From Octopus vulgaris (taxonomy: Eukaryota): a stretch of 64,000 nucleotides of DNA. Positions within the stretch are counted from its first letter, which is position 1. Each line of letters opens with the position of its first letter. Shown here in pieces: positions 1 through 11,591 of the stretch. The DNA is taken from assembly GCA_951406725.2 (NCBI GenBank), contig OX597818.1, forward strand, positions 62,496,001 through 62,560,000, read 5' to 3'. The notes under the pieces are model-generated. The model saw nothing but the letters and a program-made list of their open reading frames with translations, was not told the DNA's origin and searched no databases. The position numbers and the translations under genes are program-made.

Positions 1-541
1 TCGTCCCACCCTTACCCTTCTCCCGTTTCTCTTCACCTCCCACCCCTCCTACGCACCATTCTTCGAGCCTTCTGGCGACTTCAATCCGACCCCTCCACCG
101 CGCATATCTTCCCTAACTCCCCTTCAAACGAACCTACCTGACCTAGTCCACAGCTTCTTCCCTACCTTAACCTCCTAACCTGGCACCCATCACAGTCCCT
201 ATCACGTCACCTAATCGTTTAGCTGCACCTCTAGTAATGCTATTTACTACATTTTCTGCTCTCTCACTCTCTATCTCTGTATTTCCCTGTATATTGGTCA
301 ATAGAGAAACCGCTTGGCTGACCAGTTCGCGGCGCAACTCCGAGACATTAGACTCGCCAATGACACCCCGGTCACGTGCCACTTCCGCGCTACCGGTCAT
401 TTGCTACAACATCATTCTGTATTCGGACTGTCTCTGCACAGGGGTCACCCGGTCTCCCGCCTCCGACGTGAATAAGAATTAATCTTCTCTCTTCGTTTCT
501 TTGCGCCATATAGGCTCAACTCACCTCCTGTCTCCATCTGA
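1..541 (+). pseudogene. Decayed Penelope-like element (PLE): RT-EN linker and GIY-YIG endonuclease
   Basis: Manual translation from 52 gives RTILRAFWRLQSDPSTAHIFPN (PLE linker). From 215 it gives SFSCTSSNAIYYIFC...LYIGQ*RNRLADQFAAQLRDIR..DTPVTCHF..TGH....RLRRE*ELIFSLRFFAPYRLN, matching the GIY-YIG layout (AIY..YIG, conserved R, HF, RE, terminal LN). In-frame stops show it is dead. Confidence 0.85.
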
Positions 542-804
542 CACCAGCCACACCCTGATTCCCACATATTTCCCTTATTCATCAGCCCCATCTCCACCAA
601 CACACCTTCAACAGCCCAGCTTGGTACCCTCAACACGCACCACTATACACACATCCATACACACTGTTCAAATCATCACTCACTTCACACTCTATTACAC
701 ACACACGCATCAGACTCACTCGCTCCCATTCACACATATACACGCACACTCTCTCACACACCATTCTCTCTCACATAAATATACACGCATACAAACAAAT
801 ATAT

Positions 805-970
805 ATACATATATACGACGGGCATCTTTCAGTTTTCTTCTGCCAAATCAACTCATAAGGCTTTTGGTCAGCCCGAGGCTATAGACGACACTTGCCCAAG
901 GTGCCACGCAGTGAAGCTGTAAGTATGTGATTGGGGAACAAGCATCTTACCACAAAGCAACGCTTGTACC
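805..970 (-). mobile_element. SINE family B, 5' half
   Basis: Similar to the head half of 7997-8424 (gacacttgcccaaggtgccacgcagtg). Confidence 0.75.
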
Positions 971-987
971 TATATATACGCACATAT

Positions 988-1052
988 ATATCCAGAAAAT
1001 TATTAGCAGGTGTAAATATGTCTAAGAGTACATTTTATACACATATTAACTA
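988..1052 (-). repeat. Inverted copy of the 3' segment of the element at 2113-2490
   Basis: Near-exact reverse complement of 2425-2490. Confidence 0.85.
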
Positions 1053-1276
1053 CAGTGGAAAATTCAAGTATACACGGCTACACCCACTCACGTATATATA
1101 CCTGTCATATATATGTGTATTTATATTTTTTTTAAATACATATATTTATGTTAAATACACACTCACTTGTACACATCTACATACAAATATATATGTTTAT
1201 TCCTATGTGTGTATGGTTAGTGTATATATATATATATATTTGTGTGTGTGTATATGTGTATATATATATGTGTGTT

Positions 1277-1325
<49 letters not shown>

Positions 1326-1664
1326 ACTACATACGTATGTACATCCGTTGTATGCTGTGATTTGTCCTAATTCCTGTTTGAAGATTATAATTTCAGAACA
1401 GGCCCTACTGGTGATCAAAGATCTCACAAGACTGCCGGTAAAATATTGTTTAATTCAAACGAAAGTCACAGATGAATAGGCTTTTCCAGTATTTACATAA
1501 TTTAATATATTAGCCTCTCTATGTTGCTGTTCACTGAGAAACTGGCGAGAATTATATTTCAAAACGAAAGTCACAAACATATTGATGCTCATGCTGAAAA
1601 ACCTACACACACATCCGTATTCGCAGAAGCAGCAATTTATCGTTAATATTTTACATATTTCAGG

Positions 1665-2010
1665 CATTGGACTGCAGCCATGCTGGGGCACAGCCTCGAG
1701 GAGTTTAGTCGAACAAATCGACTACAAGAGTTATTTTAAAATTCTGGTGCCTATTCTATCGGTCTCTTTTGTTGAACTGGTAGGTTTGAGTATATATACC
1801 CATACTGGTTGCCAAGCCGGGGCAAACTCAAATGGAAATACACACATACATAAACGATTGGCTTCCTACCCAGTTTCCGTCTTCCAAATTCTCTCACAAA
1901 GCATTAGTCACATCAGAGCTATAGTTGACATTTGACCAGGATGCCGAGAAGTGGGGTTGAACCTGAAACCACATGGCTTCAAAGCGAGCCTCTTAACAGC
2001 ACAGTCACAC
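1665..2010 (-). mobile_element. SINE family B, diverged copy
   Basis: gactgcagccatgctggggcac...gaacctgaaaccacatgg is colinear with family B. Confidence 0.65.
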
Positions 2011-2112
2011 CCTAAGCAGACCTATTGCAGATAGGAGTAGAATATGGGAACCGGTATTAAGGAAGAATACAAAAATATTATGTTTATAAGCCCTAAAATT
2101 CACTATAAAATT

Positions 2113-2210
2113 GCCCATGGGTATATAGCCTAAGGGTTAAGAGCACGGGCTACTAACCTCATGATTGCGAGTTCAATTCCTAGCAATGCCTTGAATAAAT
2201 AATGATGATG

Positions 2211-2241
<31 letters not shown>

Positions 2242-2490
2242 TGATAATAATAATAATAATGATGATGATAATAATAATAATGATGATAATAATTATATAT
2301 ATAAAAAATATACCTTAGTAAATAGAACCCAGGGTTGGGTTCAAAATTCCACCAGGACACCTGATGAAGGCTGGTGAGTAAACTAGTCGAAACGTTGGTA
2401 GCTCGTCTTTGAAACACCCATAAATGTAGTTAATATGTGTATAAAATGTACTCTTAGACATATTTACACCTGCTAGTAATTTTCTGGATA
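2113..2490 (+). mobile_element. SINE family E: tRNA-like head, (TAA/TGA)n middle, hammerhead-like tail
   Basis: A-box-like tagcctaaggg and B-box-like gagttcaattcc, an internal microsatellite, then ctgatga-a-stem-gaaacgtt. Homologous to 62341-62619 (-). Confidence 0.75.
2356..2400 (+). ncRNA. Minimal hammerhead ribozyme motif (stem I degenerate in this copy)
   Basis: CTGATGA 2361-2367; stem II ggctggt/actagtc with loop gagtaa; GAAA 2389-2392; palindromic ACGT stem III. The 3' strand of stem I does not pair here. Confidence 0.55.
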
Positions 2491-2789
2491 TATTTATTGA
2501 GACCATCTGCAAAAGGGTATAGAATGGTGATAATTGTTTCCCCGAATCTTTATTTAACTTTCAAATAGTTGACGAGTAATCTTTGTGTAACATCAAACTG
2601 GATTTCGTACTAAAACTCACGTTTCCTGGCATTGGTTGCAGTTGATTTTGTTGTTGTTTAGCAATACGTCTGTCCTAATTAAGAGAATCAATTATCAAAG
2701 AGACTCTGACTGTGATCTTACCGCTTATTATCCAGAACCATATCCTCTATTGCGGTATTTCTCTTTATAAAAGGACAAAAACGACTTCT

Positions 2790-2821
<32 letters not shown>

Positions 2822-3120
2822 CGTAGTTATCGTATGTTTTGGACGTTGGCCAATCGCATACGAACGCTTTCTTGAACCTGGGGCAGGCCGGAAATTCTCA
2901 GTATCTTACACTTCAAAGTCTTTTCGGATCCCGACCCCCCCCCCCAAAAAAAAAGGCAATTAAAAATTTAAATAGAAATTTAGTATTAACATCTTGGTGA
3001 TATTCGGTTTGGAAATATCAGCAGGTCCGAGCGACACCAATACGAGAGATGTGATGCCATCGATGACAATCAACCAGTCTTCGATATGTCTAATGAATGC
3101 AAATAGGAAACGGTTCATTA

Positions 3121-3486
3121 TTATCCCCGTCTTCGCTAAGGTGGCGGTATTGTTTTCCGTTGTGGTTGTTCGTTTGTCTATAGACAAGATATCTCAGGAA
3201 CCGCTGAAGGAATTCGAATGAAACTTTCAGGGATGTTTGGTCTCGTGACTGGAACGAACTGATTAGATTTTGGAATCGATTAGGTACCGGACAAGGATCC
3301 TGCATTATTTTTCCTGTTTTTTTTTTTTACTTTTGAGGGCGGTCGGGTTTATTTTTAGGATTCTCGTTTGTAAGAGTAGTCGAGTTTATTTCAGATACCT
3401 TCATTTCAAAAATCCTCTCTTGCTAATCGTTGAGAAGTCGTTGGTGTTGCCTTGGCGGAGGTTCGCTCTCTCTGAGTGCTCTTGTT
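3121..3486 (+). mobile_element. HINE/DINE-1-like Helentron-associated non-autonomous element
   Basis: Subterminal inverted repeats tcttcgctaagg / ccttggcggagg, 3' hairpin cgctc..gagtg, T-rich ends, and the typical internal caagatatctca..gaatgaaactttcaggg. Confidence 0.7.
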
Positions 3487-3511
3487 TTATTATTAGCATC
3501 AGTTCATTATA

Positions 3512-4235
3512 CTCAGGTCGACTTTGCTTTTTACATTTTCAGAGTTGATGAAATAAGTACCAGCAGAGCAGTGGGTTCGTTGGAATCAACTGGGATCCTC
3601 CTCATAAATTTTAGACCCTCTGCCTAGAGTGGAAGGAATTATTAACACCAGTTAAGTGACAAGCTAGCAGAGTCATTAGCGCATCGGACAAAATGCTCAG
3701 TGGCATTTCGTTCGGTACTTTATTTTCTCAGTTAAATTCCGTCAAGGTCGACTTCGACTTATATCATTTCGGGGTCGATAAAACAAGTACTAGTTGAACA
3801 CTGGGGTCGACGTGGTCGACATGGTCGACATACATCCTCCTTTAAAATTGTTGGCCTTGTGCTAAAATCTGAAATCATTTTTAACATCTGGCGGAATTGT
3901 TATCCTTGTGGCATTTCGTTCGCCTTTCGGTTCTGAGTTCAAATTCTCTCCAGGCCGACTTTCCATTCTGTCGTTTCGAGTTCGGTAAGGTATCAGTCAA
4001 CTAATTTGGTTGATGTAATCGTCTGCCCCTCCCTACAAATGGCAAGTGTTGCGCATATAGTAGAAAGAATTACTAATAAAATGGTTTAGTAGCGGAATCT
4101 TTAGCACGATGGACAAAGTATTTAAAGGCATTTCTTTCGGTTCTTTACACTGTGAGTTCAAATTTCGCAGAGAAGAAGTTTGTTTTTGATCATTTCAGAG
4201 TCGATAAAATCAGTACCAGCTGAGCACTGGGTCGA
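3512..4235 (+). mobile_element. Cluster of about four diverged family A SINEs
   Basis: Repeated ggtcgactttgc..ggggtcgataaa..agtaccag core. Confidence 0.75.
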
Positions 4236-4237
4236 TC

Positions 4238-4285
4238 CAAGATGAGGACACATATCAAGATGGGGACAAATATCCGTCAAATGTA
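4238..4285 (+). mobile_element. 3' tail fragment of SINE family E
   Basis: caagatg.ggacaaatatccgtcaaatgtaaataatgtaaataa matches the reverse complement of 62341-62381. Confidence 0.65.
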
Positions 4286-5309
4286 AATAATGTAAATAAT
4301 GTAATACTATTTATTCTGATACCATTCTACAACCATTAGTTCACAGTTTGCTAAAGCCCTGTCTTTTGTATTGCCCTTAAGGATTTTGCTCTTCTAAAAT
4401 CACTTGACTTTTTATTTCCATCTCTAAAGCTATCTCACACCACTGTTGTCTCTTCGTCCTGTTACACTCACCCAGTGTGTTACCACCCATATCCTACTTC
4501 TTTTCAATTATTTCAGTCCTCTTGATCCAGATCTCAAACACTTTGAATGCTACTTTCATCACACATTTTGTTTGAGCCATTGACCCAGAATAGTTCATGT
4601 TGAGCACTTACAAAAACCTACACAAATCATGCACACTGCATTAACTATCACCTTCAAAACTATTTATTTAAATTAAAGGTCTATTATACAGAACCTTGAG
4701 AAGGTATCACATATCTTTATCACGCCTCTTACAGAGTAAATTTTCAGATAAAGTTTCTATACACAAAACTTATCTCCGAAAAGTTTAGCTTAAATATTTA
4801 TTAGTGTAACTAATAAGATTTTCGAATAATATTACAAACCTAAAGCATGCTACTAAATCTATTAGTCAAGAGTTTATTGCAGGTAAAAGTTGATTCTTGT
4901 CTCGATATAAATCGATAATGCATCAACTTACGCAAGACAGATAATTTTCCCTAAAAAGACGTTGCATTTCTCACATAGGACTTAGTTGTAATCCTTTGGG
5001 ACTACTGGTCGATGTATTGTAGAAAGCGTTAATTAACCCCACCGAAGCTGTGTCTGGGTATTTGCAGAATTAAGTACCTACCTCGAAATGCACTTATCCC
5101 TCTCAATCTCATCTCATGGATACACCATGAAGGAGATACGTGTCAATACGTTCACATCATCCATGGAATCATAGAGGATGCTAGATAATGGTTAAGTATA
5201 ACTCGGCATATATTCCCTAAGGTCCCACCCATCGGATATTGCGCAGGAGGTTACACCTTTAGCCTCTTTTAAACGCTCTATACATTACTCTATAGAAGAG
5301 TAGGGAGTT

Positions 5310-5680
5310 TAGAAAATTACTATTTTTAAATCTCACATCGAGAGAAATTCAGCAACAGTACTTTGTAGTAAATATCGTTTGCCAATATAACATGGCAGTA
5401 CTAGTTTAGGACTAATGTTGCTGTAATTTAGCTCCAGGAGACATCGTCTCCAGCTGGCTATATAACGCAATCTATGTCCTTATATTTTCGAACAATGGAA
5501 TCTAGCTCCCTCAGAAATCGCGATACACAGATAGTGTTTTGAGCTGAGTGGGGGTGCTAGATTCCCTTGTTCGAAAATATGAGGACACAGCTGGAGACAA
5601 TGTCTCCTGTGGCTAAATTACAGCAATATTAGTCCTAAATCAGGACTGTCATGTTAAGTTGGTAAACAATCTTTACTGCA
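5310..5680. mobile_element. Foldback/MITE-like element with long imperfect inverted arms (5364-5680)
   Basis: agtaaatatcgtttgccaatataacatggcag... pairs with ...ctgtcatgttaagttggtaaacaatctttact. Same family at 26620-26800 and 51750-52011. Confidence 0.8.
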
Positions 5681-6809
5681 GTAAGGAGTTTATTTTTATT
5701 ATTAAAAGACGTCCGACTCTCTCAACCTCCAATTTTGTACTGATCTGCAGCAACATGTGCCTCGAGTCCAGTAGTTATCAAGATGCAGGATTTGCAGAGC
5801 ATCACCTGTGCTTAGATGGACAGATAAAGATCTGGAGAATCTCTTCGGCTCTCGGTGCGTGATTAATATTCTTCGGGATGTAGTTCTGCAACATGCAATT
5901 TAGCTTAAAGCTGGGACCATGTCAGGTGCATCAGAAGAGACCTGGGAACAATAGTGCTGAAGAGCTGGTTCTACATTTTTGAATACACTGGAACTCCCGA
6001 ACCAGGACCCCATTTCCGGATGCAGTTTAAAGTCCTACACATGACTTAGTATGTATATTACAAAGTCTCCCCCGCCCATATATTTGAGGGCAGTTTTAGA
6101 GATTTTGTTTTTGGAGGGACGTTTCAAATATTTTCCTTTTCTCAAAATTTCTCATGAGGTACCTGGGTCTATTTCTGTTAATTGAAAAAATAATAAGAAA
6201 ACTCACACGTTAATGAACATTCAAGCAGACTCGTTTTATAAGACATTACCCTTATAATTCATTAGAGAAATCCATTCTGGTTCTTGTAGGGAAACCATGT
6301 TTATATCCTGGGCTTTCTTCTTCTCCTTCTCCAGTCTCGTAACGTTCCCAAATTTTATGGCTTGCAACCACTCCAGTGATGGAACCATTAAAAGATAAAC
6401 CTGCACGAGTATGTGGTATGTGTTTGCTTAAGTGCACATTTTTGATTATGCTTATGTAAGCATATCACTCTGTGTGCGTATGTGTGTGTGTGTGTGGGTG
6501 GGTGGGCGGCTAGTTCAATTATGCATATCTATACAATGTGTTTGCGCTTTCACCAATATTTTCCTAATATCCATTGCTTTCTATTTTCAGCAGTTTTCTA
6601 AAAATGCTTATTCCTTCTGGAAGAAATGTATATTGGTTTCGTGTTATCTCATTCATTGTATATTCACTGGAACTCACAGCTTAATTATATTAGCTATCAT
6701 TACAATCTGCTGGTGATATTTTCTTCCTGCATCTGTCCCTTTCCAATAAAACTTTAAGGTATAATCACCAACTGTTTCTCGATCACACTTGGTCTTCTCA
6801 TAATCATTA

Positions 6810-6851
<42 letters not shown>

Positions 6852-7290
6852 TCCAGCCTATTCTTCCAGTTTAATGCTTCACAGCTTTCATTTATACTAG
6901 TTGTAAAATTAATTACCGCTTGCTGCATGCGTAAAATGATTTACGTTTGCTAATAAGGTAGGTGAATGGTATAGTATAATTTCCATAGCAGTCTATAGTT
7001 CTCTACATTCTCGAATTATATTACCCAATTAGAATGAAGGGTTTTGAATCAGTTTCTCCGTTGTTCTGTTTTAGAAAAGAAAACGCACGTTAATGAGGAC
7101 GATGAGTATACCTACGAACTGCATCATTGGTTAAGAAACGAATGCAATGAAATACCATGTGAAGCAATCGAAATCACATCTAAATCAGACCAGTCCGGAA
7201 GCTTAGAAAGACTGCGCATATGTTATGGAGAAGGGAAATAACTTCACACTGAATTCTTTGGTTGTTGTAGTATACGATGACGTCTTGTAA

Positions 7291-7326
<36 letters not shown>

Positions 7327-7708
7327 AGGAGGTGCAATGGCCCAGTGGTTAGGGCAGCGGACTCGCGGTCATAGGATCGCGGTTTCGATTCCCAGAACGG
7401 GTGTTGTGAGTATTTATTGAGCGAAAACACCTAAAGCTCCACGAGGCTCCGGCAGGGGATGGTGGTGATCTCTGCTGTACTCTTTCACCACAACTTTCTC
7501 TTACTCTTACTTCCTGTTTCTGTTGTACCTGTATTTCAAAGGGCCGGCCTTGTCACTCTCTGTGTCACGCTGAATATCCCCGAGAACTACGTTAAGGGTA
7601 CACGTGTCTGTGGAGTGGTCAGCCACTTACACGTTAATTTCACGAGCAGGCTGTTCCGTTGATTCGGATCAACCGGAACCCTCGTCATCGTAACCGACGG
7701 AGTGCTTC
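7327..7708 (+). mobile_element. SINE family C (tRNA-Arg-like head; resembles octopus OR-type SINEs)
   Basis: tggcccagtggttagggcagcggactcgcggtc..ggtttcgattccc head; second copy at 12958-13343 (-). Confidence 0.85.
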
Positions 7709-7996
7709 CATCCATATATATGCGTGTGTGTGTGTGTGTGTTTGAGTGATTGACAGAGAGAGCGTGCTTGCATGTCTCTCTATGTGTGTGTGCATGGTGC
7801 AAAAATTATAAATAACATGAAGATGAGTTTAAAAAATTGAGTGTGTCTGGTTTCCGCCCAGGAAAACTAGAAAGGAGTCTTTTACGTTTCGCACATATAC
7901 ACTCTTCTGTAGAAAGAATAGCCAAAGTGAGAGAAAAGAAGACGCACACACACACACACACACACACAAACAAACAACCAAACCTATATATTATAC

Positions 7997-8424
7997 TCTC
8001 TTTTACTCTTTTACTCTTTTACTTGTTTCAGTCATTTGACTGCGGCCATACTGGAGCACTGCCTTTAGTCGAGCAAATCGACTCCGGGACTTATTCTTTG
8101 TAAGCCCAGTACTTATTCTATCGGTCTCTTTTTCCGAACCGCTAAGTGACGGGGACGTAAACACACCAGCATCGGTTGTCAAGCAATGCTAGGGAGACAA
8201 ACATACACACACAAAGACACACACATACACACACATATATATATATATTCATACAAATATACGACAGGCTTCTTTCAGTTTCCGTCTACCAAATCCACTC
8301 ACAAGGCATTGGTCGGCCCGGGGCTATAGCAGAAGACACATCCCCATGATGCCACGCAGTGGGACTGAACCCGGAACCATGTGGTTGGTTAGCAGGCTAC
8401 TTACCACACAGCCACTCCTGCGCC
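7997..8424 (-). mobile_element. SINE family B, full length (tRNA head, CORE-like segment, internal CA/TA repeat)
   Basis: The minus strand begins aggcgcaggagtggctgtgtggtaag..ggttcagtccc and ends (agtaaaag)n. Near-identical to 49405-49821 and 55056-55428. Confidence 0.9.
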
Positions 8425-9016
8425 TATATTATATTATATATATTCGTTTAAGTGCGACGGAGATAAATCATGGCCTCGTATCATAGAGCCATTAGACTGC
8501 TATATCGTGAAAGTCTTTTCTTGAAGCCTGTGCTGTGTAGTGTTGACAGACTTCTATGAACTGTAGACAGATTCAAAGTCGATACTTAGTAGCTCTCTCT
8601 GTTCTCGAGTTATGTTGATCGTTTTAGGTATGTCATATGATTCAGAAGGAGAAGTGTCGTGTTCATCTCTTTTTTTTTACTGAAGTTGGCGTGATAAAAT
8701 GGTACCTGGTTCGGTGGCAAATTTTACAATGAGCAGAGAATATATTTTCTTGATACAGTAGTGAAGCTGCGTGGCTTAGTGGTTAGGGCGTTGTGTTCCC
8801 GATCGAGAGATCATTGTATCGATTTCTGTTACGGGTGGTGGGTTTGTGGTTCTGAGCAAAGCACTTCATTTCAAATGATTTCCAGACGACTCAGCCTTAA
8901 AATGCGTAACTCTGCGACGGATCGGCATCTCATTCTCGGGGAACGTTGTGGTGTCATTGATTTATACGCCATGGAAAGCGAGTTGTTACATGTGAATCAC
9001 TGCATGTAACGCGTAA

Positions 9017-9410
9017 GGCGGCGAGCTGGCAGAATGGTTAGCACGCCGGGCGAAATGCTTAGCGGTATTTCGTCTGCCGCTACGTTCTGAGTTCAAATTC
9101 CGCCGATGCCGACTTTGCCTTTCATCCTTTCGGGATCGATAAATTAAGTACCAGTTTCGCACTGGGGTCGATATAATCGACTTAATCCGTGTGTCTGTCC
9201 TTGTTTGTTCCTTCTGTGTGTAGCCCCTTGTGGGTAGTAAAGAAATAGGTATTTCGTCTGTCTTTACATTTTGAGTTCAAATTCCGCCGAGGTCGACTTT
9301 GCCTGTCCTCCTTTCGGAGTCGAAATATTAAGTACCAGATGCGTACTGAAGTCGATTTAATTGACTGGCCCCTTTCCCCAAAATTTCGGGCCTTGTGCCT
9401 AGAGTAGAAA
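9017..9410 (+). mobile_element. SINE family A dimer (Nin/Deu-like domain)
   Basis: ggcggcgagctggcagaa head and gcctttcatcctttcgggatcgataaattaagtaccag core. A second headless unit starts at 9249 and has a different tail. Confidence 0.9.
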
Positions 9411-10821
9411 AAAACAATATGTAACGTGTTCGAGTTGTAACATGTGTGTAGTTAGCATCTTTTTAAAGACAGTTCATAAAAAGAATCCATCTTCACCGAT
9501 TTCTTAATAAGGCGTGAATAAAGAATTTTCAGGAAGCAAATTTATAAAATGAAAGCATTGAAATTTATTCAGTGCTGTAATGAGAGACAGCAAGAGGCAA
9601 CAAGGATTAATCTTGCAGATCAATGGGAACCAAATATATGTGTGTATGCGAGACAGGAAAAATCTCATGACTTACTATATACACTGAGGTTTATATGAAA
9701 CAGAGTGGAAGCTGATGTTGATCAAATGCGTTGCGTGTAGTTGGTGGTGGACACAAAAATTGTGGTTGTCAAAGGAAGAGACGTTGCTTCTATGCCATCA
9801 AATCCACAACTAATTTGAAACTGCCACTTCGCTGCAATAATGAGTTTTTAGCTAAGGCTGATCACTACTATTTTATCCATAAACATCCAGCTCTGATTGG
9901 CTGGAATCTGCCACAACACAACTGAACAACGCTACGGCAACAAAATAGCTATTTCCAGGAAATCGGATAAATATAAGTTCTACGAAACGAGACGGAACTA
10001 TACATACTCACATGCTTAATACAGTGTTTAATCAGATAAGTTCGTTTCATTTCCACAAGCTTTATCTAGAATTCACTTATCGATAGACCTTCATATCCAT
10101 TTAAAGGTTGGTTCGAGACCAAGGACATATTACATATCAAATTATTTGACACGTTTTGTTAAAGCTCACATCAGCGATCCATTAATGCGTCTACGACTTT
10201 CTGTTATTCTGATTTTAGTTATCGGAACGATTATTTTTGATCCTATTAGCCACAAAGTGCTTCTTCTGAAATCAATAGAGTTCCTCTGTGGTTTAGGTTA
10301 TCTTTGATCTTTGATGATATTTTTGGTTTAATGTAACACATACCATACCTGTGTGCAATAGTTTTTAGACACACTCTCGTTAACTTTGGGAATAGCATAA
10401 ACCTGAAATTAATTTTTGTATTTATCATCAAAATTGCACCAGAAAGGCAGACACACACACGCACACAAATATATTTGCCTATTTGTTTTTATATATATAT
10501 ACATAGGCATATATCTATCTATATATCTATCTATCAACATACATACAAATATATATTACATATTAAACAGGATTTGAAATACTGTGTACTTAGAGAAAAA
10601 TATAAATTCTCAAAGTTTCAAATGGCGATCTTCCTTTACTGTTCGTTAGGTTCATTGTATATACTATATATACTGTTATAATGCATATAATGTATAGAAT
10701 GTATAGACTGCATGTAACGTATATAACATGTAGCATGTGTAGAATATATATGATGTATACACTTTGTTTACTGATTTCAGGTGTTTGGTTGAATGTATGT
10801 GTGTGTCTATGTATATGTAGT

Positions 10822-10975
10822 GAGGATTTACAAAATAAAAAAAAACACAAAAGACGAAGACGAAGACGGGTGTGTAAACAAAAAACATGTATTAGTTCAA
10901 CGCTCGGGAAGTGAGAAAGTCTTTTACGTTTCGAGCCTACGCTCTGCAACAGAAAGGACCACATAAATAAACAGG
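10822..10975 (-). mobile_element. Short repeat with degenerate minimal hammerhead (10921-10956)
   Basis: Minus strand reads cttt-ctgttgc-a-gagc gtag gctc-gaaacgt-a-aaag. Related copies near 7878-7916 (-) and 41946-42060 (+). Confidence 0.55.
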
Positions 10976-11077
10976 GTCCTTTCTCTGTGTTAACTTGTCC
11001 TGTTTTCCATTTTTTTCTTGTTGTTTACGTACGTCATGTTATTTGCACCATTGGTAGCGTCATGTACCCATATATGC

Positions 11078-11147
<70 letters not shown>

Positions 11148-11536
11148 ATTATTATTATTATTATTTATTATTATATGTAGAAAAATACAAACTGGGACAA
11201 GAACGCAAAACACTTAGAAGACGATACAAAAAACACGGACGGGACATTCGAAGCCCTTAATCTTCAGTCAAGAACCGGATCATCGTAGCAATTTCGGCTG
11301 ATTAATCTTGAGATCGCTCCGATCCGGCCAGCCCCCAGCATTAGATTTCTTGGAAGAAGGATCGAATGTATACGAAACAGGGACAGAAAAACGGACGATG
11401 CCACACGAATATAAAATACAAAAAAACAATAATGAAATGAAAAAACAAAAATGAAATACAAGAAGCAATAATGGTAAAAACAGGACGAAAACAGCAGGTG
11501 TCTTACGACTAATAACAGTACAACAAGTTTAGCTGG

Positions 11537-11589
<53 letters not shown>

Positions 11590-11591
<2 letters not shown>

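Noticed and set aside
7327-7400. tRNA-Arg gene (also the heads at 2113, 17061 and 34715)
   Set aside because: A and B boxes are present, but there is no acceptor stem and the sequence continues into a SINE body.
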